This document shows, one piece after another, positions 27,001 to 38,609 of a stretch of 64,000 nt of DNA. The DNA is taken from assembly GCA_030704615.1 (NCBI GenBank), contig CM060732.1:38316001-38380000 (forward strand). The letters are read 5' to 3'. The notes beneath the pieces were generated by a model that was given only the letters and a program-made list of their open reading frames with translations, was not told where the DNA came from and ran no database searches. Source of the stretch: Takakia lepidozioides (taxonomy: Eukaryota; Plantae; Bryophyta). The position numbers were made by a program, and so were the translations under genes. The stretch's first letter is position 1. The number at the start of each line of letters is the position of its first letter.

Positions 27001-27997
27001 AAATAAGATACTCATCACATACTGAAGAGAAGAAAACGGCATGTTTGAATACACACCTGACTCCAAAATGTAGCCTTGTGGAGCCAGTTATCAAACACCA
27101 AATCACTGATTCCTTCCACCTTTGTGCCAGGCGGTATGGTGCTCTTTGGGAACTGATTCAAGTCTTTTACTGTTTGATCTGAGTTCCATATCTCCAGCCA
27201 CCTTATTTTTGTTTGTGGGTCGACCATCGATATGGCCAGCCGGTGCAATTTCTCCTGCTGCATCTCCGGATGCACATGCTTGTCATAATGTGTTTTGATC
27301 TGCTGAAGGAACTCAGGACCAAGTCCAGGATCTACTATTCTAAGTTGCTTTCCGAAGGCGGACATCAATTTGGTTCTTCGCATTTCAAACTCCTTTTTTA
27401 TTGCAGCTTCCACACCCTTTGATGTCCTTAGTTCCTCTGGTGTAGTGCGGTAATATTCGGATTTTCCCTTCTCAGCTGCCTCTGCCAGTTCTTGCTGCAT
27501 TGATTCAAGTAGTGATTAGCTCCGAAGGGACTACAAACATGTATTCGAAAAGTAAACAGAGTACAGACTCGGGCTTACCGCATACATGTACTCCAGAAAC
27601 GCCTCTCGTGTCAAAGAATACCAAGTGCCTGCAGCTCTTCATGTTTCGCACTGCTTGATGATATTGGGTGGTAGTACTGTCCGAAAATCATCCAGCTTCA
27701 TCAGACCAATCCTCTGAATTCGGAATAGTGTGTGAACCAAGCTTGTTGTCACATGCGATTTCTCTGTCGATCTGTAAAAACATTGGAAACATTGCATTCC
27801 TTAACACTGTTTTTTGAGGATTAATAAGACACTACAGAGGGAATGAAATCTCCTGGATGACTTACTTGTTCACGTCGTGCATAGCTGTAAGAAGCCTAGC
27901 GATGTCGTTTCCAGGATCCAAAACCATTGCCTCCATAGCAACATGCTTGTCTTTGTCTTTCGCATGGTGTTTCTGAATGTATCCCATCCATGCCAGC
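24014..27997 (-). pseudogene. 3' exons of the element-borne gene ending in an N6-adenine/N4-cytosine DNA-methyltransferase-like domain (beta-class order)
   Basis: ADIVIIDIPD at the motif IV position (~24960-24990); PWRGANEKSPAFMQILLESCS (motif X-like); VVDLSVSTGS (motif I-like); LFGMEGDSDLY (motif II-like); GT-AG bounded exons; some stops and frameshifts. Confidence 0.65.
25942..26664. repeat. Array of six copies of a 22-bp palindrome TGAATGTCGT-CA-ACGACATTCA within a degenerate ~270-330-bp tandem unit
   Basis: Copies at 25942, 26048, 26209, 26316 (perfect 13-bp arms, 26313-26340), 26522 and 26643. Confidence 0.85.
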
Positions 27998-28692
27998 TGT
28001 CGTGCGCATACATATCGCTACACAACTACATCGTTGTCCAAAACCACACAACACATGTGCACACCACACACTAGTATACCACTAGTCTACCACTAGTCCA
28101 GCCACTAGTCCAACCACTAGGCTACAACTAGTCAGTCACTAGGCTGCCCACTATGGCAGTCACTAGTCCACACAATGATAAAGAAGAAGAATACAAGCAC
28201 AAGCTCATGCGAGCTCACAAAGCTGAAGCATAAACTCATGCATATATAACCTCATCACTCAAATACAAGTCAAGCCAAGTGCACCCCACGCCATGGGGAA
28301 TCCACACTACGGCGCCATAGCTAGGCGCGGTGAGGCTCAACTCGAGAAAGATGAGCCTCCCGCGCTTGCCGTGAAGATAACCACTCCAGGGCCTAAATCT
28401 GCCTTGACCCCTGGATTGACACTTGGGCCAATCCCAAATGTCAATATGTAAAAGCTAGCTATTTCCTAGCTAGTTTCACACTAGTGGTAAAATAACTTGA
28501 CAGCTGTCGTGCGCATACATATCGCTACACAACTACATCGCTGTCCAAAACCACACAACACATGTGCACACCACACACTAGTATACCACTAGTCTACCAC
28601 TAGTCCAGCCACTAGTCCAACCACTAGGCTACAACTAGTCAGTCACTAGGCTGCCACTACGCTGCCCACTATGGCAGTCACTAGTCCACACA
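27998..28692 (-). repeat. 3' LTR region of the DNMT-bearing Gypsy element, with a ~185-bp internal direct duplication
   Basis: Minus-strand PPT-like AGGGGGCGAT then TGTGTGG at 28692; ends CGACA at 27998; 27994-28176 nearly identical to 28501-28694; TATATA in the middle block. Confidence 0.7.
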
Positions 28693-28952
28693 ATCGCCCC
28701 CCTAGCTGCTGCTTAGGTCCCTCTAAGTCCAGGTAGCCACAAGATGTGATAGTGACCATAGCCTCACTAAGTCCTCCACCACTATCCCTACTACACTCAA
28801 ACTCGATAGATCAAGAGGCCGGGTGCAAGAGTTGCCCCATCGTTAGTCGCCGTCTTGCAACCTGTGAACTTGAGCTTGGGATCTCATGTATTGACTCCTA
28901 TGAGCTTGGCCTCCCATGTCTTGTTAGCTGCCTCCAGTCATGTCCACTGCCA

Positions 28953-30230
28953 CTATCCCAAGCAGTGTGGACACAACCAATCTCCGTCAGGAACCTTCTC
29001 AAGAGGTGGTGTCAAGCATCCCATATGCCAACCCCTTGAGCACCGATCACACACCAGCATGGTGGCTGCCCCTTTGGCAGACCCACAGAGCATGCACCTC
29101 AAACCTGCAGGTACCACTGCCAAGTTTGGGTCAACTCTGCCATCGACATTGGGAAGGTGACATGGCGCACAATTACGCACATGGTCTTTCCAAGTCATGC
29201 CATCCCGACCCTCTAAGATCAGGACCCCTGAGGGCAACACCTCTCGAACCCTCAGAATAACACGCCCTGCAGTAATATCCAGAGTCGTAGGAGCAGTCTG
29301 CTGCAAATAAACATAGTCACCAGGGCTAAACCTCCGAACCCCATGACGATATCCTCCACCACGTATAGTGGCATACCTCAACGTATCACGGTGCTGTGCA
29401 ATGGCAAGGTTCTCAAAAGCCATGGGCATGACTTTCTTGAACAACTCTGCACGCTGATCACATGCACGTACCCACACGTCCGGATCGTCAAGGTTAAGGA
29501 CTTGAGCAGTGTCCCTACGAATGGCTGCAGGCAAATCCGGCTCTCGGCCAAAGAGAAGGAAATATGGTGAGAAGGAGGCAAGTGATGCTTGTTTGCTGAA
29601 CCTGTAGCCCATGGCTAACCAAGGAACCTGAAGATCCCAATCTCCTAGGTGTCCCTTCTGCAAGCCATACTTGCGCAAACCCCTCTTCACCGTCTGAACA
29701 ACTCTCTCTGCTAAGCCATCGGCCTCAGGATGATCCGAGAAGTGGTGCGGTGGTCTATCAAGGCTTTATCACACAAAGCCTGAAACTCCCCCAAGAACTC
29801 TCTCCCTTGGTCCGTGAGTACCTCAGCTGGAGCACCAAATCGGCTAAGCACACGATCCAAGAATGCATACGCAGCCCCCTCACTAGCCTTGTCAGGCAAT
29901 GGAACCAACTCAATCCACTTGGAGAAGTGCTCCACCATCACCAACACATATCTGTGGTGGCGCATAGTCAGTGGCAACGGTCCTGCGAAGTCAAGACTCC
30001 ATCTGTAGCCCAATCCCATGATAGGTAAAGGATGCAACTGTGGTGTAGGGGCGTTAAATGAAGCACGCACCCTGTCACACACCATGCACCTAGCCACAAA
30101 CTGTTGCACCTCTGTATGCATACCACACCACCAATACTGCCCCTGCAGTAAACTGTGAGTGCGTCGCACTCCAAAATGCCCCAACTCCTCATGGGCATGC
30201 CGCACTAACCGTGCACGCTGTACAGTGCTG
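28953..30230 (-). CDS. Integrase with C-terminal PHD finger
   Basis: HAHEELGHFG..CMVC; SLDFAGP, VLTDQGREF; C4HC3 pattern CMLC..CDRC..H..C..WLCPHC at ~28955-29105. Confidence 0.9.
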
Positions 30231-30599
30231 GCAGGCAGTGGGTGTGTTGCTGAATGGAGGAGGAGGGGCTAGATATGAAGCACAATACTCACCCGACCAT
30301 CCTCCCACACTCGAAGTAGGTGTATCCCCTCCCACTTGAACCTCTTGGCTCGTTGCAGGATCCGATCCCTCTCCCTGGCAGTCACAATGGCTGCCGTGTC
30401 TCCCGTGCGGAGGTAGTCCAACACAGCCGAATCCTCATGTATATCTCTGGCACCACCTAGCTCATCACTAGCCTCAGGGTCCTCAGACACTCCGTCTACA
30501 GTCATCCCTGTTGTAGGTCCAATCTGACCTCCCGATGCCAAGATACACAAAAATGCAGATGCGTGCCATCCCGGCACCATCTCCTCGTCCGTCTCACCA

Positions 30600-32030
30600 T
30601 GCCACCGAGCTCCAGTGTCATCCTGCTGGCTCATGCATGGATTGCGACTCAATCCATCCGCATCCCGATTGACCAAACCCGGTCGATGCACAACCTGAAA
30701 GTCATACTCCTGGAGTATAAAGTGCCCACCGTGCAAGCTTCCCCGTAAGCTTGTCTGACTCCATCAACCACTTGAGTGGCTGGTGATCCGTGACAAGGGT
30801 GAAAAGATTGCCGTATAGATAGCACCTGAAGTGTGCCACGGCCCACACTGCAGCTAAGCACTCTCCCTCATATGAGCTGTACTTAGCCTCTGCAGCGTTG
30901 TTCGAGCGGCTAGCGTAAGCCACTACGAACTCTCTTCCCTCATCATCCACCTGTGTGAGCACCGCTCCAAGCCCCAGCATGCTCCAATCCGTATGCAGCT
31001 GAAAGGGACGCCCCCTGATAGGTCGTCTCAAGATAGGCGCCGAGGTCAACCTCGCCTTGAGCTCTTGAAAAGCTCGTTCCTGCTCATCTTCCCACTGCCA
31101 CTCCTGGTCCACCTTGGTCAGCTTGGTTAGAGCCTTTGCAATGGTACTAAATCCCTTGACAAACCGTCTATAATAGTTTGCCAACCCCATGAAAGCTCGA
31201 ACTCGGCTCACATCCGTGGGGCGTGGAATTTGTGCAATGGCCTCTACCTTAGTCTGCTGTACCCCCAATCCTCCAGGATATATCATGTGACCCAGATACT
31301 CAATCTGGTTGTGGAAAAACTTGCACTTCCCCGGATGCAACTTCAATCCGTGCGCTCTCAAGCGCTCCAATACCACCTGAAGGTGTCTCTCATGCTCCTC
31401 CATCGTAACACTAAAGATGATGATGTCATCTATGTAGCACCGAGCAAAGTCCACCCCTGCTAGAATCCTATCCATGACTCTCTGAAACTCTGCAGGAGCA
31501 TTCTTAAGCCCAAATGGTAAGAACCGCCACTGATATAGGCAATCCTTGCCGTGCTCATTGATCCCCAGAATGCCGTCTTCTGCTTGTCCGCCTCCTTGAT
31601 TGGCAACTGGTGATATCCGGATCGTAAATCCAAAGTGCTAAAGGCCTTAGCATGCCCGATGGCATCAAAGATCTCCTCTGGTGTTGGCATGGCATACTTA
31701 TCGGACTTGGTCTGACGATTTACAGGCCGGTAATCACCGCACATACGTCTCTCCGTCCAATTGCCATAGACATCCTTCTTGGCTGGCATCACTGTGGCTG
31801 AAGCATACTCTCCACCAGAGAGCTCCACCAAACCTGCCTCCCAGAGATCTTGAGTCCTCATCTGAATCAAAGACCTCTCCATGTCACTGTATCTATAGGG
31901 TCTCCGAAAGATTGGCGTGTCAGTGGCCAACTCAATACGGATCTCTTGACCCTTCAGTGCTCCCAAGTCCTTCAAACTGAAGGCAAAGCAATTCCTGTAA
32001 GCCCTCAGGAACCGCCGTATACGTCGTCTC
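30600..32030 (-). CDS. Reverse transcriptase and RNase H, frameshifted
   Basis: RMCGDYRPVN, FSTLDLRSGYHQL, PFGLKNAP, CYIDDIIIFS, YLGH, FMGLANYYRRFV, LHTDWS, VTDHQPLKWL. Confidence 0.95.
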
Positions 32031-32439
32031 TCTCCTCCGGTGACAATGGGTCCAATGTCAGGCTCCCAATTGTCCTCCGTAACTACAACCTTAAGTCCAG
32101 TGGGCTTAGAGGTAGAGGACGCGTCCCGTGGTTGCTATGCTGCAACCTCTTGAGCAGTACTCCTACCTGCTCAGTCAATGACAAGGCATCATCCTGCCCC
32201 ATCATCTCATCCTTGAGGACCTCCTCAACTCGAGAAGAATCCCCAACCTCATCCATCACAGCCGCCTTGGCTGCCAACTCCCTCTGAACTCGAGCACCTC
32301 CCACGTGTGCCATGGATGCATGCACCCCGTGGTCCTCATATGCTCGCCCCACTCACTGCCTGTACCGTCTCGGTAGGCAGAGAGACCATTGAGGGAAGTG
32401 TATTCCGCACTCTGCGTTGCTCAGCTAGAGCCAAGCTGA

Positions 32440-33400
32440 TAATCCAGGTCAAGCAATTGAGATCCATTGCTTGCCCCAACACTTGACGACGTGATGCCTC
32501 AGAAAGAGACGACACCGCCGTGGTACCAGTGGTAAAACCCATTGCCCGCTCACGCTCGTCAGCATTAGGCTCCACTAACTGCTGCAACTGAGCATCCCAC
32601 AGGAGGCCAGGTCCACTATCCCGGAAAGCATGCGATCCTGGGAAGCTGAGCAGTGTAGGTAATGCTGCTCGTGGTTGACCCACCTTGTTGACCACTGCCA
32701 AAGGCGAACGGTCATCGTGTCTCACACGTTGAGACTGCCTCCCTGTGTCCAGAATGTTATCCACTGTGAGATGTGCTGGCCGCTGCACCCCATCAAATGC
32801 ACGCTTGAGCAGTGCGGGTGGCATCATGTTAGTCCACCATAGCCGTGGACGATGAGCCCGTGACCCCACTGTAGCTGCATCTAGCAACACTGCTGACCCA
32901 AGCCACGACCGGACTTGATGCACACTGGCCATCACCCTGGCCCGAGAATCGCCCATCAGTGGCACATTCTCCAAGATGTATGCTGGAGATACAGCTTGAT
33001 GAAGCTGCAAGTGGCGCAAAACCCGCACCATCTCCCAAAACAGACCCGACCTCGAGTCTCGCAATCCATTGCCATGCCCGGCTGATGAATGCCCTTGGCA
33101 GGGCCAACCTGCCACTACCAGATCAATGGAGCCAACCCGCTCCAAATCCTGCGCCCCAGCAACGAAATGTCTGCTGGCAAGGCCTGCTGATATCCACGAA
33201 TTGCAGACACCGACAACAACTCAGGGTACCGCTGCACCAACTGAGCAACATGGCGAAGTGAAACGCGTCGTGCAGTCTCATCCCTCTCCACATACAGGTA
33301 ACGCCGAACTCGTACACCTGCCTGTAACACAGCAGCCAATCCGGTGCTGATCCCGCCAAACAAGTCCAGAAGACAAATGCCTTCATCCGGATACTGCCAC
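32440..33400 (-). CDS. C5 cytosine DNA methyltransferase domain, DNMT3-like, inside the retrotransposon polyprotein
   Basis: Motif I LLDLFGGISTG; II YVERD; IV VAGWPCQG (catalytic PC); VI ILENV; VIII RPRLWWTN; IX ERERAMGF..GTT; X RRQVLGQAM; one frameshift near 33150. Confidence 0.93.
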
Positions 33401-33779
33401 ACAATAGGTGTGGTGTCCAATGGAGACAATTGAGGTGGTCCTGGTGCAATCCCCACACTCTCCTCCTCTCCTGACGGTACAAAAGCCTCCACCCAGGCTT
33501 GTTGCACCCGTCGATCAGCATCCCGCTGCAAATCCTTGCTCGTGCCCCACAATGGAGTCTGAGCAACCATGGTAGGCAACTCCGCCATACCATACATGTC
33601 ATCCTGCTCTCCCGGAGGTGGTACATCCTCCTCAAGCAACTCTCTAGGCCAACTCACTGCCGCTGTGAATGCTGCTAGTGTCGGCATCTTGCCTCGCTGG
33701 GCAACCGCAACTCCTCCTATGAACGTCACAGGGAGCTGCACACGCCGGCCCTCCCCTGACTGCCATGCAGGCCTATAGG

Positions 33780-34095
33780 AAGCTGACTCCTCCCAAAAAT
33801 CCAGGGTGAAGCCCATGGGGTACAACACTGCCCCACCAACCAGGACATCGTATGAGACTGCGTCTGTCACAATGGCCTTGGCTCGCATCACTGAGCCATC
33901 TGTAGGGTGATCCGGCCGTAGTCTGATAGCCAACTCATGCCGTGTCATGCCCCGAGCCTGCTCCGATCCTCCAGAGACGTCTGTATCTGGAAAGGACAAG
34001 GCTCCATATCCGCCTCCGTGAGGCCCAAGCCTGCAATAGCAGCTCTGCCCAGCATCAGTGGCTGAGCTCCCGAGTCCAACAAGACCGCAGTGCCA
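33780..34095 (-). CDS. Retroviral-type aspartic protease
   Basis: VLLDSGAQPLMLG (~34050-34085) and YDVLVGGAVLYPMGFTLDF; frameshift between them. Confidence 0.8.
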
Positions 34096-34849
34096 GTGGC
34101 CGGTACCTCTTGCCTGCCGGTCCACTCAAACAGAAAATGCCATCCTGGTTGTCTAACATGACAACTCCAGGTGTCACCATGGCGCGCTCAATGGCTGGCC
34201 TAGCTGGCAGCTCCATCAACCTGGCAGCTGCAGCTTGCCATGGCGCCGCCGTGGCAGTCTTGACCCTCAAATCCGAGGATCCCTCCGGCACTACACCTCC
34301 CACTATCTCCGCAGAAGATGAAGTAACCTCCCCACTCTCACAGAGTGTAGCTGCCAGCCTGAACACCTCAGCTGGTCTTACCCCCGGCGTCGCAATCATG
34401 GTAGCCGAGAACAATGGAGCCTGGCACACAGATGTGGCCGCTCCTAGCAGCACACTAGCTGCCGTAGCCTTGGCAACACTAGGTAGTGGTGCTACCCGTG
34501 TAGCTCTCCCCAATGGCATAGTAACCTCCGCCTCGGTAACAGTCGGGCGAGAACTAGGTGCCATGGATGGCGTCGACACTGTCTCCGCCAATGTGAATGA
34601 CTGAGGAAGCCTAGCCTGACGGCTTGCCTCCCCACGCTGTGGATCCAACTCCACCTCTGCACCTCGTGGCTCAGGAACTCGTGCTGCTCCTCGAGTCACG
34701 GCTGCAGCAGACTCCACCTGCACTAGTGGTAGTGCTGCTCCACACATGAATCCCATGCCTCCCATATCTCCTCCCTCAGGAGCAGGAGGTGGACCATCCG
34801 CCTTAGAGCCGGTACCACCTGAGCTGTAGCCATGGCAGCGAGCCTCTGC

Positions 34850-36255
34850 TCTAGCTGCTGAAGCCGGTTGGCCATGCCTTGGTCAACACCCTGACCTCCG
34901 CGTCCTTGGCCACGTTGAGCTTGCCTTGGCCTGCACCTCGTGGCTGGCCACCTCGTCCTCTCTGGGCTGCTCCACCTCGCCCCCGGCCACCATTGTTCCC
35001 TTGGAACTGGCCTGGGCGCAACTCAGGATGCAAAACCATAACACTGAGCCTCTCCATGCCCGTGTTTGCCACAATGCCAACACTAAACTGTGCAGGCTGT
35101 GCATGTGCCGGCCCTTTGCCTCCCTCTGGACAATCCTTTTGACATGGGGTCCTCCACATGTCCAGCACACCACATCCGCCCGTTGTTGGCCAGCAAATGA
35201 AGGAGAGACCCCTGCATCTGAGGTCCTCTCTGCCCTTCCTGAGCTTCACTGAGCCCCCTTGTTGCCTTGAGCACGTTGAGGTAGTGGTTGGCTAGGAGCA
35301 CCACTACCCCGTGGTGTCTCCTTAGCAAATCCCACCATGACCACTCGTTCCTCCACCATGTTGAGCTCTATCCGCTCTGCAGCAAAAACACATTTGCTAA
35401 GGTGGGTGGGGCCGCTTGTAGGAGAGTTGCATCCCGCACCCTTCTCCTCAGCTCCTTGTCCAATATCCCATACCAGAATTGGACTGCCTGAGCTTCCGTA
35501 ACCCTTGGGTTACATTTATCAAGCGCCTCATGCGAGTGAAAGCCTCCCTCAAGCTCTCGGTCGGCTTCCGTTGGAACTCTTGCAAGCTCCGCAACTTCTC
35601 TGTCCTCACCCCTTGGTAGTTCCCTCTCAACTCTTCGAAAGAACTCCACAACAGGGTTGAAGGCAGGCACGGGTGCTAGTGCTGGTGCGGTAGTGGCTTG
35701 GGTGGACGTCGTAGCTATGTGTACCACCAGTCCCAATGTGGCTTGCTGAAGCTCCGGTGCAGCGGCAGGGGTGTAGCCACTGCCCTCGTGGCTCTAGTGC
35801 CCCTAGTGATGGAGACATAGTCGGGTGACCAGTACTCTCCACTCCTCGATCTCAACCTCATGCCCCCGCTGAACTCATGGTAATCATCATAGGCGGCCCC
35901 TCAAGGTGTGCTGAAACAGCCCCTTCCATGCCATGAAAGGCGTAAATAGTTGTGGATTGCGCATTGCTGCAAATCACACCAAACTATCAAACTCTTGGAT
36001 AAAATCATCCAACTCGATGGTGCCCACCGCCCAGAGTATCTTCGTGGCCCCTTGGTAGCTCCATACATCTCCCTCCATTGTGCCCAAACAATGGCAAAGA
36101 AACAACGCACCGCCGGTATGAGTCCTCCGATTCACAATCCGAATCAGAACCATTCCGTAGAAGACACCAGGAGGTGAAGGGGGCCCTAACCCGCACACCT
36201 CGTCTCGTGTACCCACTAGTATCGCTAGTGCTCGAACCGGCACTGTCCCCAGCAA
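34850..36255 (-). CDS. Gag (capsid-like plus two CCHC-type knuckles), frameshifted
   Basis: ELDDFIQEFD; KLRSLQEFQRKPTESLREAFTRMRRLI; CWTCGGPH..DCP and CWHCGKHGHGEAQC; RG-rich tail. Confidence 0.78.
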
Positions 36256-36989
36256 CTAGTGGCACCTACGTGTGACACTTCAACCGGTCCAGAAACATGT
36301 CCCTACCCCCTCTTCACAAGGTAACCGGGAGAGAACTGTTGCGGCTTATGGTTTGGAATACTAAGTTTCCTAACATAGCCACACATGTACCTGCATCCAC
36401 CACAAGCACTCCTATGGTTGGCTGGTCATCACCTCCCACCTCACCACAGAGAAACAATGATGGTCTGGCTGGTCATCACCCCAGCCTCACCATCGACAGA
36501 TGCTCATAGCGAGCTGGCCGGTGATCAAATCGGACCATACCTATGCAAGGAAAGCCCAAGCGACTCACCACACAAACTAGCACGAGGAGGCTAACAGTCA
36601 AGCATGCAGGTATGGAGGGGATCCAAACACAAGAAATCAGATCGACAACTCCCCCACACCAAAAACAACTCCACGGTGTTGCTCCTGCAAGGACACCCCA
36701 GCCCAAAACCCGGACTGACTCTTGCCTCCACCTACGGAAAGGTCTTGGCCTAATGAGAGGGTGGAAACTACGAGGAAGAGAAGCTAAAGCAATGCCTAAC
36801 CCCAGCATGCTCTCATCCCAACACTCTGCCTCTCCTCTACCCTCACTTGCATGACCATGGGAATATCATGAAGATACTCCTCAAACCGCCCTCCACGAGC
36901 TTCAAATTCGGCCTTCCAGACCACATGCCAGTCCTTAGGCAGTCCACCAGTGCCTCCACGAGTCAGCACAGGCCGTCCACAGGTCAACA

Positions 36990-38385
36990 CGGGCCACCAC
37001 AGACCAGCACAGGCCCACACAGCTCACTGGTCACAGCCGTCACAGTCCCACAGGCCACTGGGCACAGCCTGTCGCAGCCCTCATCACAGCCTCAAAGGCC
37101 TCAGGCACGGTCACAGCCCTCACAGCCCCTCACAGCCCCAAAGGCCACACGGCCTGTCACAGCCCCTCACAGCCCTCACAGCCCCAAAGGCCTCAGGCAC
37201 GGCCTGTCACAGCCCCTCACAGCCTCAAAGGCCTCACGGCCTGTCACAGCAGCCCGTCACAGCCCCAAAGGCCATGTCACAGCCCCTCACAGCCCGTCAC
37301 AGCCCCAAGGCCTCAGGCACGGCCTGTCACAGCCCCTCACAGCCCCTCACAGCCCCAAAGGCCAGGCACGGCCTGTCACAGCCCCTCACAGCCCGTGTCA
37401 CAGCCCCTCACAGCCGTCACAGCCTCATGGCACAGCCTGTCACAGGTCACATCACAGCCTGTCATCACAGCCCGTCACAGCCTCAAAGGCCTAGGCACGG
37501 CCTGTCACAGCCCTCACAGCCCGTCACAGCCCCAAAGGCCAGGGCACAGCCCCTGGGCACACAGCCCGTCACAGCCCCTCACAGCCCGTCACAGCCCAGG
37601 GCACAGGGCACAGCCTCACAGCCCTCACAGCCCGTCACAGCCCCAAAGGCAGGCACGGCCTGTCAAGCCCTCACAGCCCGTCACAGCCTCAAAGCCTCAG
37701 GCACGGCCTGTCACAGCCTCACAGCCCGTCAAAGGCCTCAGGCACGGCTGTCACAGCCCCTCAGCCCGTCACAGCCCCAAAGGCCATGGGCACGGCCTGT
37801 CACAGCCCACAGCCCACAGGCCTCAGGGCACAGCCTGTCACAACAGCCCGTCACAGCCCCAAGGCCACTGGGCACAGCCTGTCACAGCCTGTCACAGCCC
37901 ATCCCTTGTGTCACAGCCCGTCACAGCCCGTCACAGCTCCACAGGGCACAGGGCACAGCCTGTCAGCCCATCACAGCTTGCCACAGCCGCCCCACAGGCC
38001 ACTGGGCACAGCCTGTCACAGCCGTCACAGCTCGCCACAGCCTGACACAGCCGTTCACAGCCCTCACAGCCCGTCACAGCCCCAAGGCCAGCCTGTCACA
38101 GCCCCTCACAGCCGTCACAGCCTCAAAGGCCTCAGGCAGTCACAGCCCTCACAGCCCGTCACAGCCTCAAAGGCAGGCAGGCCTGTCACAGCCGTCACAC
38201 GGCCTGTCACAGCCCCTCACAGCCTCACAGGCCTCAGGCACGGCCTGTCACAGCTGTCATAGCCCGTCATAGCCCAAAGGCCATGGGCACAGCCGGTCAC
38301 AGCCCTCACAGCTCGCCACAGCCTGACACAGCCCGTCACAGCTTGCCACAGCCCGTCATAGCTTGCCACAGCCTGTCACAGCCCC
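36990..38385. repeat. ~1.4-kb minisatellite built on TCACAGCC(C/T) units in the retroelement leader
   Basis: Dense reiteration of cacagccc / gtcacagcc / aaaggcctcaggcacggcct with a loose ~50-65-bp higher-order unit. Confidence 0.95.
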
Positions 38386-38609
38386 ACACATGGCCGCTCT
38401 GGCAGTTTAGCCATTTCTCCAAGGGGTTTAGCCACGCCAAGCTAGGGTTTTGTCTCTTGGACTCTAGGCTTCTTTCCACCAAGCTATGGTGGCTGTGAGG
38501 AAATCAGCAAGGTATCCTTGCTCTTTCGGCTCCCACACACCACCATAGTAGCCCTAAGTCATGAGGTGGTTGCCACAAACCAAGCCTTCTTTCTCACTTA
38601 GCCTCCCCA

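Noticed and set aside
30222-30275. ~50-bp foreign-looking insert upstream of the integrase zinc finger
   Set aside because: Too short to assign; no clear TSD
24014-33400. Bacterial restriction-modification locus or contamination
   Set aside because: One MTase gene has spliceosomal introns, the other lies in a Gypsy polyprotein; flanks are plant genes and no restriction endonuclease is seen
36847-38498. Long plus-strand ORFs (215-440 aa) rich in S/Q/P/H/T
   Set aside because: Translations of a stop-poor minisatellite
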